Source of the DNA: Octopus sinensis
Taxonomy: Eukaryota
Direction of reading: 5' to 3'
Assembly: GCF_006345805.1 (NCBI RefSeq)
Contig: NC_043000.1
Coordinates: forward strand, 54,002,001-54,066,000
DNA: 64,000 nucleotides
Shown one piece after another: positions 1-12,700 of this stretch; positions within the stretch are counted from its first letter, which is position 1, and each line of letters begins with the position of its first letter. The position numbers and the translations under genes are program-made. The notes beneath the pieces were generated by a model. The model did not search any database, was not told the DNA's origin, and was given only the letters and a program-made list of their open reading frames with translations.

Positions 1-1679
1 TTCATGTATTAAGAGTTATTAAAACTATACCAACGTACTCAAACAATACACTATATATGTCTTACCTTTTCTTCCGTATATGAATTGGCCCTCGTTCTCC
101 GTATATATAAAAGAGAGTTTGTGTGTGTGTGTGTGTGTATGTGTGTGTGTGTGTGCGGGCTTTTGTGAACGCTAATCTTCCTTATTCATTCAAAAACTGG
201 GTTGCCGATTTGAACGTATGAGGTATCAAAAGATTCAGTTTTCTTTCAAAACAAATAAACCTTACAAAAATTTAACATTATAATCTTTCTAGAATTCAGC
301 TATTCTAAATTACATTTTATTCCACGACGACGACGACGACATCATATTTTCTATATTAGTGTGTACGTTAAAAGATACTCATTTGTCTATATGCTATGAG
401 GAAATACAGTCACTCCCTTTCTCTCTCACATGTAGACGTAGACATACATACAAAAGGGATGTATGCGTAAGTATTTATGCACGTATATACGAAAGATAAT
501 GCATGTGTGAGAAAGTGAGGGGGAGAGAGAAAGCCAGTGAGTGCCACATATACATGCAAAAATACATACATGACAACACACACTTTCACTCACTCGCCTT
601 CTCTCTCTCTCTCACACGCACATATGTACACAAGCATACACATTCACGTCCATTTCATATACACGTACATGTATCTTTCACTTTCTGCTTTCACTTCAGA
701 GCAAAGGTAGTCGTTTCACTTTCCCCACTCTTTTAATTTCTGCTCCCTTAAAAGCAGCATAAAGTATTATAAATAATTTACGGAAATTAACGAACAAACA
801 TATGATACCATATGATCGAGATGAGGACTTTCCTCCTTCAAACAGATGAATGTCATAAAATACATTCCTTAGACAGACACCCGCGCGCGCACACATACAT
901 ACACACACACAAAGGCACTCTAGGTAAATCTTCTGTATGAAATACGTTATTTTTTGTTATGTGCTCGCACAAAATTACAACTCAAATCCAGTTGAAATCA
1001 CATGATTCTATTCTATAATTCAGGTTTGTGATGAGTGCATTTAAAAACCTGATCTTCGATATAAATTTAAATTGAACTTCTGCCAAAAATCTTGTCCTTT
1101 ACCTGTTGTTTCTATCATGTCCGAGATGACTTTCATTGCGAGTTTTTTCCTAAATTTCTTTCGATTCCTATGTTTTCAATACAGAAAGATTAGGATTTCG
1201 TCCCAAAAACAGGTTCTCAATATTTTAATTTTCTCCCTCCTCATCCCAAGTTCTTCATTTTTTTACTGCTTTTCGAATTTCCTCTTAGTAATCCACGGAG
1301 AAGAAAACAGAGTACGCAACTTTAGGAATGTTCTTCTTTTTTCTTAAAGAAACATTAAATTCTCCTTCCCAAACAACCAAAACTCTCAAAAAGCTACAAA
1401 CTTCCCAATGTTTCACTTTTAGCTTTATGGCAAGCAGGGAAGTTTCTTCAGAAATAATGTCGTTTACCCGTTGTTTCTAGCATATTGGATTTTCTGGTGA
1501 TGCTCTACGTCTGGTATTTCAATTCAATTTTACGCATGTGTGAAACAGACAAAGCTGACACATTGCGTGGTTTTAGCTTTTTGAAAGCGGGTAAGTGATA
1601 AGTGTTGGGGAAAGCGGCATTGAATGTTTCTTTACGAAAAATTAAACTTAAAAAATATTTTTCCCAGATTCGTATTCGC

Positions 1680-1800
<121 letters not shown>

Positions 1801-3221
1801 GGGGAGAGAGAGAAGGAAGTAACAAATGCAGCAGACATTTTATCTGAGCTCGAAATAATATTTCATCATCCCTATGAGGTAGGGATGTTGGCAGAGTATT
1901 TCGAGCATCAGATAAAATATCTGCTGCATTTGTTACCTCTCTCTTGAACTGATTTCAAACGTATCCAGCTCATCATTGCCGTTTCATAGCTTCATATACA
2001 AATAACCTATACGTCTGTCGATTTCACCTTCTATCTATCTCATTTCATAAACCTCGATTACACTTAGATATACTTCGACTAAAGAATGGTCCAGGCCATG
2101 TCTAACTTCAAAGCACCACCTGATAGGGTTTACTAAAGCCTTTTAAAGTCAAGTTCTACAGTATCATGACCCACCCAAGCAGGGAGTTTTTGTTGTGTGA
2201 GTTCTAGCCAGATATAGGCGGCATGTCTGGTATCCTTTGAAGAAATGTATCTAGATTCCGTTTAAAAGTGATGGCATATTTTTCCTTTTTGATTTATTTT
2301 GAGACAATGTTAAATAGGGTAAGGCCTATTGAGTAAAAAAAAAGTATGTGTTGCGATCCTGGATTGGGTGGAGGACGTATGGCACGTGGTCCTATCCATG
2401 GATTAATACTGAAACTGATGTTAAGATAGTTTGGGAAATACTCGTGGTATATTTTCCACATTGTGCAAATTATGTATCTCTCACGGTGCCGCTGGATAGA
2501 ATAGAGTTTCCATGCTCTAAGGCAGTTCCAATAATCGAGAGCAGTCATCCGGGGTGATTCAGTACTTCAAATGTTTTGTTCTGTGTATGTACGTGTTTAT
2601 GAAGTTGAGGCATGTTTGGAACCTTTTTGTTGAGTATCTACCTCAGATGACAGTAGAAAGGGTGAATACCAAGTTCTTTGTGTCGAGAACCGGTAGCTGT
2701 ACCGTGAAAAGATCCAAACAGAGAGAGAAGACCACGTCGATAAAATTTGTCCCATAACTATTAAACGCAAATGGCAACATTATGGCGGTGTTTGACACTT
2801 CTCATCTATGATTTCCTTGGTGATGTGAAAACATGGACTAGGACATAAAAGATTCATAATGCATATAGTCCGGTGACATCGCTGTGAAAATACTGGACAC
2901 CATACAATGTTCATTATCTGATTGTGTGAGTGAGAGATTATATTAGCACCGCCTTTACTTATGTGACTGTATGCGCACACATGTGTATTGCCTGTACTTA
3001 GATTTGCTTGAGATAATATACATTTTAAAAACATTTGTGAACTACCATCTCTGCCACAATCTTTATACATTTCGTCAGAGAAATATATTATATTTAGATT
3101 TTTATTCATCTAATTTTTTGCACCTTAAAATGTCAATTGCATAATTCATTACTCTCTCATTGCTCTATACCACGATTTCTAGTATTAGCACCCATGTTAT
3201 CATTATTATTATCACCTGTCT

Positions 3222-3383
3222 GCACGTTCTGTATTCAAGTTCCGCGTGATCGACTTTACCTTTCATCCTTTCGTAGTCAATTAAATAAGTACCAGTTACG
3301 AACTGTGGTCGATGTAATCAACTTAGTCCCTTACCCCAAAGTTGAGGCATTGTGCTTTCAGTAGAAAGAATTATTATTATTAT
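3222..3383 (+). mobile_element. SINE family A, 5'-truncated copy
   Basis: Shares ttcaa.ttccgc..g.tcgacttt.cctttcatcctttcg, ataagtaccag and gtcgatgtaatc.act motifs plus an (ATT)n tail with other copies in the window. Confidence 0.8.
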
Positions 3384-3412
3384 GTTGTTGTTTTTTGTTG
3401 TTGTCGTTTCTT

Positions 3413-3646
3413 AAGGCGGAGAGATGAAAGTATCGTTAGCACGTTACACCGAATGCTTAGCGGTGTTTCGCCCGTTGCTATGTCCTGAGTTGTAATTCCG
3501 CCGACGTCGACTTTCTTCCGGGTCTGACAAATTATGTACCAGTGATATACTAGAATCGATGTATTCGACTTGTCCCGTCTCCCCATCAATTTCCAGGCCT
3601 TGTGCTTTCAGTAGAAACGACCATTATTATTATTATTATTATTATT
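3413..3646 (+). mobile_element. SINE family A (tRNA-derived)
   Basis: aaggcgg.gag...atcgttagcacg head, B-box-like gagttgtaattcc, central gtcgacttt/gtaccag motifs and (ATT)n tail. Confidence 0.85.
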
Positions 3647-4440
3647 GAACATTCCGGCCTGGGCCTATGAATAACTTCCAGAAATCCCTTGCCTGGCAGT
3701 GTTACCGAGGGGGGGGGGCTGCCTGTTCGGGATACACTTTACAGGCACGGAATTGCCGTCAGCCAACCCTGTCTGAGGTGTACCCTGAATGATGAAACCG
3801 TTCTGCGCGCCCTAGTACAGTGCCCGAGTATTGCTGACCTGTGGGATTATGTCGAACACCTGCTGTCGCGTGTAGGGCGGATCCGGCTATCAGCTGAATC
3901 CCTTATGAAGATTGCCCCACCGCTCTCTTTTGGCCGGGAAGGGAAGGCAATTTTTATTTGTGTAGTAGCTGTAGCGAAAGAGGTAGCATGGGGGTCATGT
4001 TTGAAAGAGCTAAACACAGACACATTCCTCTTTGGCCAAGCCCTCATCAACTTTTTCAAGTTTCACTTGAAAAGGAAGTTGAGGGTGGAAAGAGATGTGT
4101 TGCTTTGTAGGAAGTTTGTTGAAAGGTGTGTAAATGTTGGAAGAATGGCCAGTGGAAAAGGACCAATTCTCAGCGTGCACTTGTAAAGAAAAGGAGAAGG
4201 TCTCTTGCCCTGTTGTTCAGGCACCCGTGGCTTTTGTGGATTTTTCCACGAGGTCCTTAAAGCGTGCCTCCCCTATAGGGAGTTTTAATTTGTTTGATAT
4301 TTAATTGTTATTTATATAGTTTATACCTTGTAAAATCCATTGTATCGTCCTGTTTTTGTCTTCTATGTAGTTATATGTCTTTTAGTGTAATTTTATGTGA
4401 GCTCTTGTGGCCAATACAAGAATAAATTATTACTATTATT
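3647..4440 (+). mobile_element. 3' end of a Tx1/L1-like non-LTR retrotransposon (ORF2 C-terminal zf-RVT-like region plus 3' UTR)
   Basis: ORF 3689-4186 has LPVRDTLYRHG..CLRC....ETVLRALVQC, a degenerate CxxC-ET-H-C knuckle typical of L1/Tx1 ORF2 ends. A T-rich UTR and ATT tail follow. Confidence 0.8.
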
Positions 4441-4446
4441 GTTGTT

Positions 4447-4672
4447 AAGGCAATGAGCTGGCAAAGTCGTTAGCACGTCGTACAAAATGCTTTGCGTTCT
4501 TTCATTCGTTTTTACGTTCTGAGTTCAAATTCCACCGAGGCTGACTTTGCCTTTCATTGTTCGGTAGCGATAGAATAATAGACAGTTGAGCACTGGGGTC
4601 GACGTAATCGACGTACCTCCTGCCCTGAAGTTGCTTGCATTGTGCCAAAATTTGAAATCATTATCATTATTG
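4447..4672 (+). mobile_element. SINE family A
   Basis: aaggcaatgagctggcaaagtcgttagcacg, B box gagttcaaattcc, gactttgcctttcat and ctggggtcgacgtaatcgac. Confidence 0.9.
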
Positions 4673-6532
4673 CTACTGTTGTTGATACTATTTCTTTTAT
4701 AACAACACTAGATGAAAGATTCTTTAACCTATTATTTAGACATTTCTTTACTTTGTAATACTTATCTATTAATTAAGTATATTATTTTACTCTATACTTT
4801 TATTTTTGCGTGCATATTTTTCACGTTTCCATTATATTATGGCTCAGTATTTTGACTTCTATCAGTTTTGAAGCTTGCTTTCTAAAGAATGCATCATATA
4901 AAAGAAATAATTTCAAAGTAACTAAATAGACACAATTAAAAGAGAAAATGAAATAAACTATCTTAAAAGATTTACTGGAAAACAAATATAAGAATACATA
5001 CATTCAAGTATGCATTCACTAGAAGGAGCGCAAAGAAAAATATTAATAATAAAATAAGTGTGTGAATTCATTATAGATAACACTTATTAATCAAGGGAGA
5101 TCGGGGAAAATAAACACAACTAAAAGAAAAGCAAAAAATAACCGAATAGAATGAGAGGTACAAGTCATTTTAAACTAAAAATAAAAAGTAGAAAACGGAA
5201 ATATATATTATGAAACAATTTACAATGCTTTTTATTTGCATTTTATCTTGAGATTTCATGATGCTATCTAATGGCTCCTTTGTATTCTCATTGCTCCCTT
5301 CCTCTATTGTTTTATTATGTTCTTTTGCCAGCCCATAAATCATGAAATATTTTTGAAAAAAGTCTCACAATAAAGCTAAAAAATATGAAGAAACAAATAT
5401 AACATCTGAAAACGACAGTAAAAAAAGATAAAGCAAATGTGATTTGTTTCTTTTATTCATTAAAATGTGTTCAGCTGGTGAGAAAAGTGAATGTATGTAA
5501 TTGACATTTGAGCGAAACAAAAATAGAAGGAAAAAAAAACCCTAAGAAATGCTTTTTATCATTAACAGGTAACAAAAGGGATTGACAAGCACGTATGAAA
5601 GAATTTCTTCCTCGTCTTTTTTCTCGTAATGTGCTTTGTTCAATCAATAACAGATTTTGGCACTAAAATTACTTACGTATCACAAGTACCATCACTTTCA
5701 TGAGTATCATTTCTCTATGCACAATGTCAGAATAACGCTAAGGAGTAGGGGCATGAATTATATTTCTGTCATTTCCTCAGCTGCCCCTGCCGTTCATATA
5801 ACTCTAACAATTAAGCTACTAGGCAGCATATTGTTGCATGTCAGCACCTGGTGACCTACGTATGTTACGCATTTTCATTTCTAATATGTACCAGCAAGAC
5901 ATCTCACTTTTCCCTATATAGTTCGAAAAAACAACACACATCACTCCGAAAGTAATTGAGTGACAATAACGAAACATGCAGTATTGCCACTTAGCTACCA
6001 TAGATTTGTTGCTGAAACCTCCAAAAGGAATTCCGTATATTGCATTTTGAGGTATAAATCATAGCATGTTATGATACGGCTGCTGATACAGTCTAAAAGT
6101 AATTAGCCATTAAATTTTATTTAATACAGTTTATAAATTTGGCGAGAAGAAAATACCAAGCTCAATGAGTAATTCCCAAATTCTCATCAAGAAATGCAGT
6201 GAGGTAAATACTGAAACTTTAATTATTGAAAACCACTTAAAGATATGAGGCAAGTAAGGCACTTGCAATTAGAGCCTGATTTTTTCCGCAGACTTATCTC
6301 AATTCAATTAGACATCCCCAGTAAAATATACCTTAAAGTAGTTTAAAGAAATGTCACACCATTACAATATATATATACGCGAGCATACACACACAGACAT
6401 ACAAAGGCACACATACACATATGAAGATTTTGCTCGGACACAGCGATATTAAAGACCTGGTGTTGGGACTATGTACGTATGTGCATATACACTCACACAC
6501 TGACACACATACACACATACACACACTCACAT

Positions 6533-6574
<42 letters not shown>

Positions 6575-6634
6575 TTAAGTCAGTAAATGGTGGGGATATA
6601 TATACATATATGAATATACATACATGCATATATA

Positions 6635-7442
6635 CAGGGTGCGGTGAAGAAACTGTCATCTAAATTACGCAAAAATTAAAATAAAACTGATTTCTTGTTT
6701 TAACAGGTATATTTAGCATTTTAAAATACCAAGGAGTAAATTTATTCAATAAAATCGCCATTGGCTTTAACCACCGACTCCAAACGACTTCAGAATCTCC
6801 TGCAGCTGTTCTGCACGGCCTCCTTGTTTAAGTTGATGAACGCTGCAATAATCATTGCCTTCAGTTCATCTTTGGTGTTACAAAGCAATTTTTTTGGGCT
6901 CCCACACATAATAATCAAAAGAGTTGCAATCTGGGGAGTTAGGTGTCAAGATGTTAAGGGTGATGTGGTCGCAAAAATTGTCGGCTAGCAATAACTGGTT
7001 TCTCCTGCTTGTGTGGAATGATGCAGAGTCCTGTTGCTAAGTATAGTGTCTTCCACCAGCCACCCTCTTGACCCAGGGTAGCACTACCTCCTCCAGGCAC
7101 TTGATATTGGTCTCCATGTTGAGTGTGAGACGAGGGTGGGGAGATGCATGGAGGTATAAAATCGCCATCAGTAGTGATCACTCCAAACATGTTCTCATAT
7201 TGCACTGTCTTCAGATTGAAACCCAATCTCTCTGTTATGTTCGTATTAGAGGCTCCGGCGCGAATGCCGAAAAGTACAGCATACCATTTCCAAACTTTTG
7301 GCAGAGTGAATTACATAGTGCTGTTTTTCTCACAGACGGTGCCCAACGGACCCTCCTATACTATATAGTAAAATAAATTTCAAGCAATACGCATGCACGA
7401 AATCAAAATACAAGATGGCAACAATTTACCCCTCGTACCCTG
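6635..7442 (-). mobile_element. Internally deleted Tc1/mariner DNA transposon, DD37D (maT-like)
   Basis: TA-flanked imperfect TIRs (cagggtgcgg...tgtcatc and gatggcaac...cgtaccctg). The minus strand translates to MFGVITTDG...QQDSASFHTSRRNQ...TPNSPDCNSFDYYVW...ANGDFIE* with frameshifts and stops; 37 residues separate the 2nd and 3rd catalytic D. Confidence 0.9.
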
Positions 7443-7665
7443 TATATATATAGATATATATGTTTCAGAATAAGGTCTTCGGCAAAATACTAAGCCGAAA
7501 TAGAAATAAAACAAGTGAGATTGCAACAAGAATTATGGAAACAACTTCATTTGCTTACTATAAGCTGCAGTGCACACAGAGCTGAGTTCATGTGTATCAT
7601 CTCATAATTTCCGCGCGGTTTCTAAAAAATTAAGTACATGATAGTTTGAGAAAACTTTGAAATGC

Positions 7666-7790
<125 letters not shown>

Positions 7791-7942
7791 ATAAACAACA
7801 TATGAATAAGGGCAAACGAAAAAAGTTTAAATGCCAAATAAGCCGAAATTAGACACATTGTCCATAATCATATAATTTATCAAAATAAGCACGCTACTCA
7901 AAAAAGGTCGACAGAAATCTCTAAAAAATTCCGTTATTACCA

Positions 7943-7995
7943 TATCGAACCGATTTCAGGGTTAGTTCATAAGAACCCTCCCTTCGTCAGTGATA
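7943..7995 (-). ncRNA. Minimal type I hammerhead ribozyme-like motif (degenerate)
   Basis: Minus strand reads tatca-CTGACGA-aggg..gttc ttat gaac..ccct-GAAA-tcgg-tt-cgata. Confidence 0.6.
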
Positions 7996-8408
7996 AATGC
8001 GGCAAAAGAAATAAATGAAATACTTACTCATACACATGGAAGAAGCAAACACTAAGTCATGAGCACATATACATGTGTGTGTGTGTGTGTGTGTGTATGT
8101 CTGTGTGTGTCTGTGTCTGTGTCTGTGCCTGTGTGTGTATAAGGTGTGGCACTTGACTAGCGAGTAGTTTACGAGCCATGAGTTGAAATGACGAAATTAA
8201 TTCCTCAGAACGTAATAAAATCCCACCCAATACAGTTGAATTTATTGGAAGTTATTAATTTTTTATTGGGGTTTCAATGTTTGTTATATAGCTGCTTCCT
8301 GGTCACTAAAAGTACTTCACTAAAACTGCAGCAACGTTTAGCAATGAAAATGTATGCAACATCGTGCTTTTAAAGCAGTTATAGTGCAATATGCCAGTGA
8401 CTTGCATA

Positions 8409-8610
8409 CAGTTTTGTGACATAGATTTTAACACTTCGTTAATTTCGATTATTATAAAGTTAAATTAGCAGCGTTGTGTTCTACACAGGGACTATTGCAA
8501 CATACATGTAATTATTATATACATATCACACGTCCTGTCATGTGTAACAAACTTTCATGATATTCAACAATATATATATACATGTACATACATATACATA
8601 TATGTAAGTA

Positions 8611-8641
<31 letters not shown>

Positions 8642-8954
8642 GTATTTATATGTCAATGTATATATATATATATATATATACATATATATATACATTGACA
8701 TATAAATACATATATATATATATATATACATATACACATATATATATATGTATATGTATGTACATATATATATCGATATTGTTGAATATCATGAAAATGT
8801 GTTACACATGTGAGGACGTGTGATATGTATATTCAACTATACATATAATAATTACATGTATGTTGCAATAGTCCCTGTGTAGGACACAACGCTGCTAATT
8901 TCACTTTATAATAATCGAAATTAACGAAGTGTTAAAATCTATGTCACAAAACCG
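8409..8954. mobile_element. Fold-back / MITE-like element with ~165-bp inverted arms around a TA-rich microsatellite
   Basis: 8409-8575 is the near reverse complement of 8772-8954, with TA on both flanks. Confidence 0.8.
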
Positions 8955-8973
8955 TATAAACATATATACATTC

Positions 8974-9000
<27 letters not shown>

Positions 9001-9004
<4 letters not shown>

Positions 9005-9356
9005 TAAATTAGAGATAAAACCACTATTAGGCAAATCATACAATGAAAAACTTAAGCCAATACATAAGATTATTTATGGCTGTTAATTTCTTTAAATTTT
9101 CGAGTTACAGTCATTCATCAGTTGGTTTAAATATTTAACTTGGCGAGGTTTAATCAATGATTATTTAAACCACCTGATTAATTCGAAAATTTAAAGAAAT
9201 TAACAGGCATGAAACTATCGTAGTGTTATATTAATTATATTTTTTTAATAATTTTGTTATATATTTAAATAATATAAATTAAATAATCTTATGTATTGGC
9301 TTAAGTTTTTCATTGTATGATTTGCCTAATAGTGGTTTTATCCCTAATTTAATATA
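9001..9356. repeat. Nested inverted repeat containing HHR-like core motifs (PLE pLTR-like)
   Basis: 9001-9076 pairs with 9280-9355, and 9077-9133 pairs with 9162-9210. Confidence 0.85.
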
Positions 9357-9438
9357 ACATAATATTTTACTATAAAATTGGATTCAATCCTAAATCTGAT
9401 TTTTCCCTGTAAGTTTAGGTTTATTCCCTAATATTTAT

Positions 9439-9469
<31 letters not shown>

Positions 9470-9554
9470 ACATATATATAAGGAAACGAATATGATGATA
9501 TACATGTATGTATGTATGTATGCATGTATATGTGTATGTATGTATGTATGTACA

Positions 9555-9800
9555 GGCGCAGGCTGAGTGAATCTGGTAGATGGAAACTGAAAAAAGCCTG
9601 TCATATATTTGTACGTAAGCACGTGTATCTGCGTGACTTTGTCTCTATGTTTTCTCCCAACACCGCTCGACAACCGGTGTTGGTATGTTTAAGTAAAGGG
9701 AATTATAATGGTTTGGCAAGAGAGTGCGATACAATAAGTACCAGGCTTAAGAAGAATAAGTACTCGGGTATATTTGTTTGAGGAAAACACCCCAAGGAAG
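9555..9800 (+). mobile_element. SINE family C, deleted copy
   Basis: ggcgcagg head, tggtagatggaaactgaaaaaagcctgtc, gacaaccggtgttggt and ataagtaccaggctt; reverse-complement homolog of 48745-49135. Confidence 0.75.
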
Positions 9801-9839
9801 TATTTCAAATTATATATTTTTCTCTTCTCTGTTTGCAGC

Positions 9840-12700
9840 ATGAGAGCTGTGGCTATACTGGAACACCACCGTTTGCTTTGCTACACTTTCCTCTGACGTG
9901 TGGCATTTGTTGAGTATGCGAGTCTGATTTTGCGGCCTTCATCTGCCTTTCTCTCCACGAAGTAGGTTCATCTGGAATTCTTGACAATAGGAGACCCAGT
10001 TTTGTATTGAAGACGTCTATATCCACCTCCTTAGGTTCTTCAGGCTTTATTGAAGGATAGTAAAGTGTCTTGAAGCCCATGCTGTTACAGCATCTGCTCC
10101 TGTATCCTGAGGGCAAAGTTGGGATTTTTGGTGGCACCTCTTTCTGTTGTTTTTGTAACTAACATGGCCAGATGTATATTACGACATACCTTTCGTGCCT
10201 TCGTTCTAGGGGATAAGTTCTCAATTCGTTCAGTCTCTCCCAATAGCTACGCGTCGCATTTAGAAGGTCTTCTTTATGTAGCTCGCTTTATTGTTACGAA
10301 TTCGGTGACCACAATTGGGAACAGTAATCCAAACGGCTGAGAAAAAAATGTCCTCCAGAGGACCATCATGGACTCTTATTCCTCCGTTCTGAAGGTTCTG
10401 AGGATCCATCTTTCCAACCGTCTACATTTTATTGCCACTTTATTAGTATGCACCGGAAAAGATACATCACCACTCAAGTTCATGCCCAGGTCACGCACTG
10501 ATTTCCATTAAGGGATGGGATTACAATCACTCCTAGTTCAGTGTGTTCTGTCTGCTTTTTATTGAGCTTCACCTGTTGGCAGCGCTGGTCTCGGACTTTT
10601 CCAGCATCAATTGCATGTTATTTTTCTCAGCCCCCTGTATACTGCGTTCAAATCCCGTTGCAGATGCGCTATGACTCCAGGGTCCTGTGTGCTCTGGGAG
10701 CCTTATGTATCATCTACATAGCAAGGAGCTGAGCACATATGTGAGAGGGCTACTATGAATAGAAGTAGAAATACAAAAAATTAGCCACCACTACCTTAAT
10801 CCTATCTTTTAGAAAGTCATGTAGACATTCTCCAAATTTGCCGACATTAGGCAGCTTGTGACATATCATACCATGGTCGACTTTGTCAAAGTCGAGGCAT
10901 ATCAAATGCACATGTGAGCTGTTGAGCAGCTGCCTTAGTATCCGGTGGTAGAGATGCAAGAGCTGTGCCATTATATAGCTTACATTATGGATATGAATGT
11001 TTTCAATTTCATATCTATATTAGGCTTAGAGAGACATTGGAACCAGTCCTATTTGATGATCTCTTTCTCTATTGATTTCTAGTCTGCTTTTTAGTAGTTG
11101 AGATTGGATAGATTTTTTGTGCTTCTTATAAGCCACATGTCTGAGGGATCCTTTGGTTCATACATGGTTGGCTCTATTTTGTTGTGATCCGAGTCTAGCA
11201 ACGGTGTCCCTTTCACCTTATGGACGGGATCTACATTGTTTGTGGAGCAGAGGTCAAATATATTGTTTGCCCTGGTTGATTGAGGTATTGCTTTCTCCAT
11301 GTATAACTTGTTGGTGAGGTTGAACAGTGATTCCACTTGATTTTGCTCAACCCACGTCAATGCTGAGAGTAAAAGGCCTACAGGCTATCCTACATTGGAC
11401 AAGTTCAAGTTTCCCATTTGAGATACACTGATGTGCTCTTCTAGTTTGGTTAAGACATCTATTCTTGCAAAGACAGTCTTCCAATAGGCCCGTGTGATTT
11501 TGAGCATATGGTGGTCCATAAGTAGTACATATAATTATATTGAGTTGTCTTATATTTACAATTAGTGTGTCAGAAACTGAGTATGCGTGTGGCAAAAGGA
11601 GCTGGGGTAGGAAATCGTCACCGCTGTACACTGTAATTCCACATGGTTTTTTTTTGTCGCTCCGCAATACATCATCCTTTGGTATGTGTATTTCTGCATC
11701 TGCAATGTCGGGTTTTAGGTGCGTTTTTGAGAGTGCTTTGTATAAGGTCTCTCGAGAAGAAAATGTTGGTTCTGTTACTGAGTTGTAACAGTCCTCTGAT
11801 GTTTATAAATTATATTGGTATGACATTTGTGATGATGCCAGTTGTGACTCCTCTGGATCCATTGTTTGTGGATGTCTTGCGTGTTGGTACGGATGACTCC
11901 AACTTTGGAATTGATGTAGCCAGGTCAGTTGTTGCATAGAAAAGATTGTTGCTCAGCTGATAGTGCTGTCTTTTCGAAGTAGTGCACACCACCTCAACAT
12001 ATTTCAGTTTTGATGCTGGTGATGTGCGACTTTTGTCTCCCTTGTGACTTGGTCGTTTTGGAGGGCAACGTCTGCTTTTGTTCTGTCTGTGGCATGCGTT
12101 TGGGTATAGAAAATGGTAGTTTGCATCGTCATCTTCAAGCCAGCAATCAGCGCGAAGCAAAATTTACACGCTTGTGTGTGCTTCCTAAATATTTGTGTCT
12201 TCCAGTATTGACTATCTGACTTGTTTCGGTTTTTCGTTGTTTTACTTGGGGCTTCAATTTGGGTTTTTTATTCATTTATAATTCTGTAATAATAGTTGTT
12301 TCTTCTTTTAACCATTTTCGTAGTTCTTTCAGTTTTTTTTTTTTTGGTTGTTGCTATTGGTGGTGGTAGGGCCATCTGTGCTGGTGACTCCTTCCTTGGC
12401 AGATCTCTCAATTATGATTTCATGTGTGTTCCTTTGTGCAGTAGACCCAGAAGAACATCTGTAATTCACATCAGACTTTCCATCCTTGTTATCCTTTTTG
12501 CATTTCTGTGCTAAAATTATGTTAAGTATGCTGATGTGAGGTCTGATGAGATTATAGGACGAATGAATTTGTTGCTTCTTGCACTCTGAGTTGTGGTCCT
12601 TATGGAGCCATTGCACTTTAAAGCTGCCGTTATAAGAATATCAGTATTGTACCTGTTGGCTATTTACAAGCTTCTCAGGAGTAATTTCAAATCGGCACTT
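9840..12700 (-). mobile_element. Decayed CR1-group (CR1/L2-like) LINE: ORF1 remnant, APE endonuclease, partial RT, C-terminus
   Basis: Minus-strand fragments: LSKTHL..EIHIP..VLRSD..TYGPP (APE), NNIFDLC..SDHNKI (APE end), CLDFDKVDH..HDFLKDR (RT), YVDDT, and FNTKLGLLLSRIPDEP (C-terminus). Many stops and deletions. Confidence 0.85.

Noticed and set aside
97-300. Non-autonomous Helitron 5' end
   Set aside because: The start resembles 46629 (tc..tatatataaaag..), but no 3' hairpin or CTAG end was found.
1423-1590. Coding exon between tttag| and |gtaagt
   Set aside because: Stops in all three frames; at most a non-coding exon, and unsupported.
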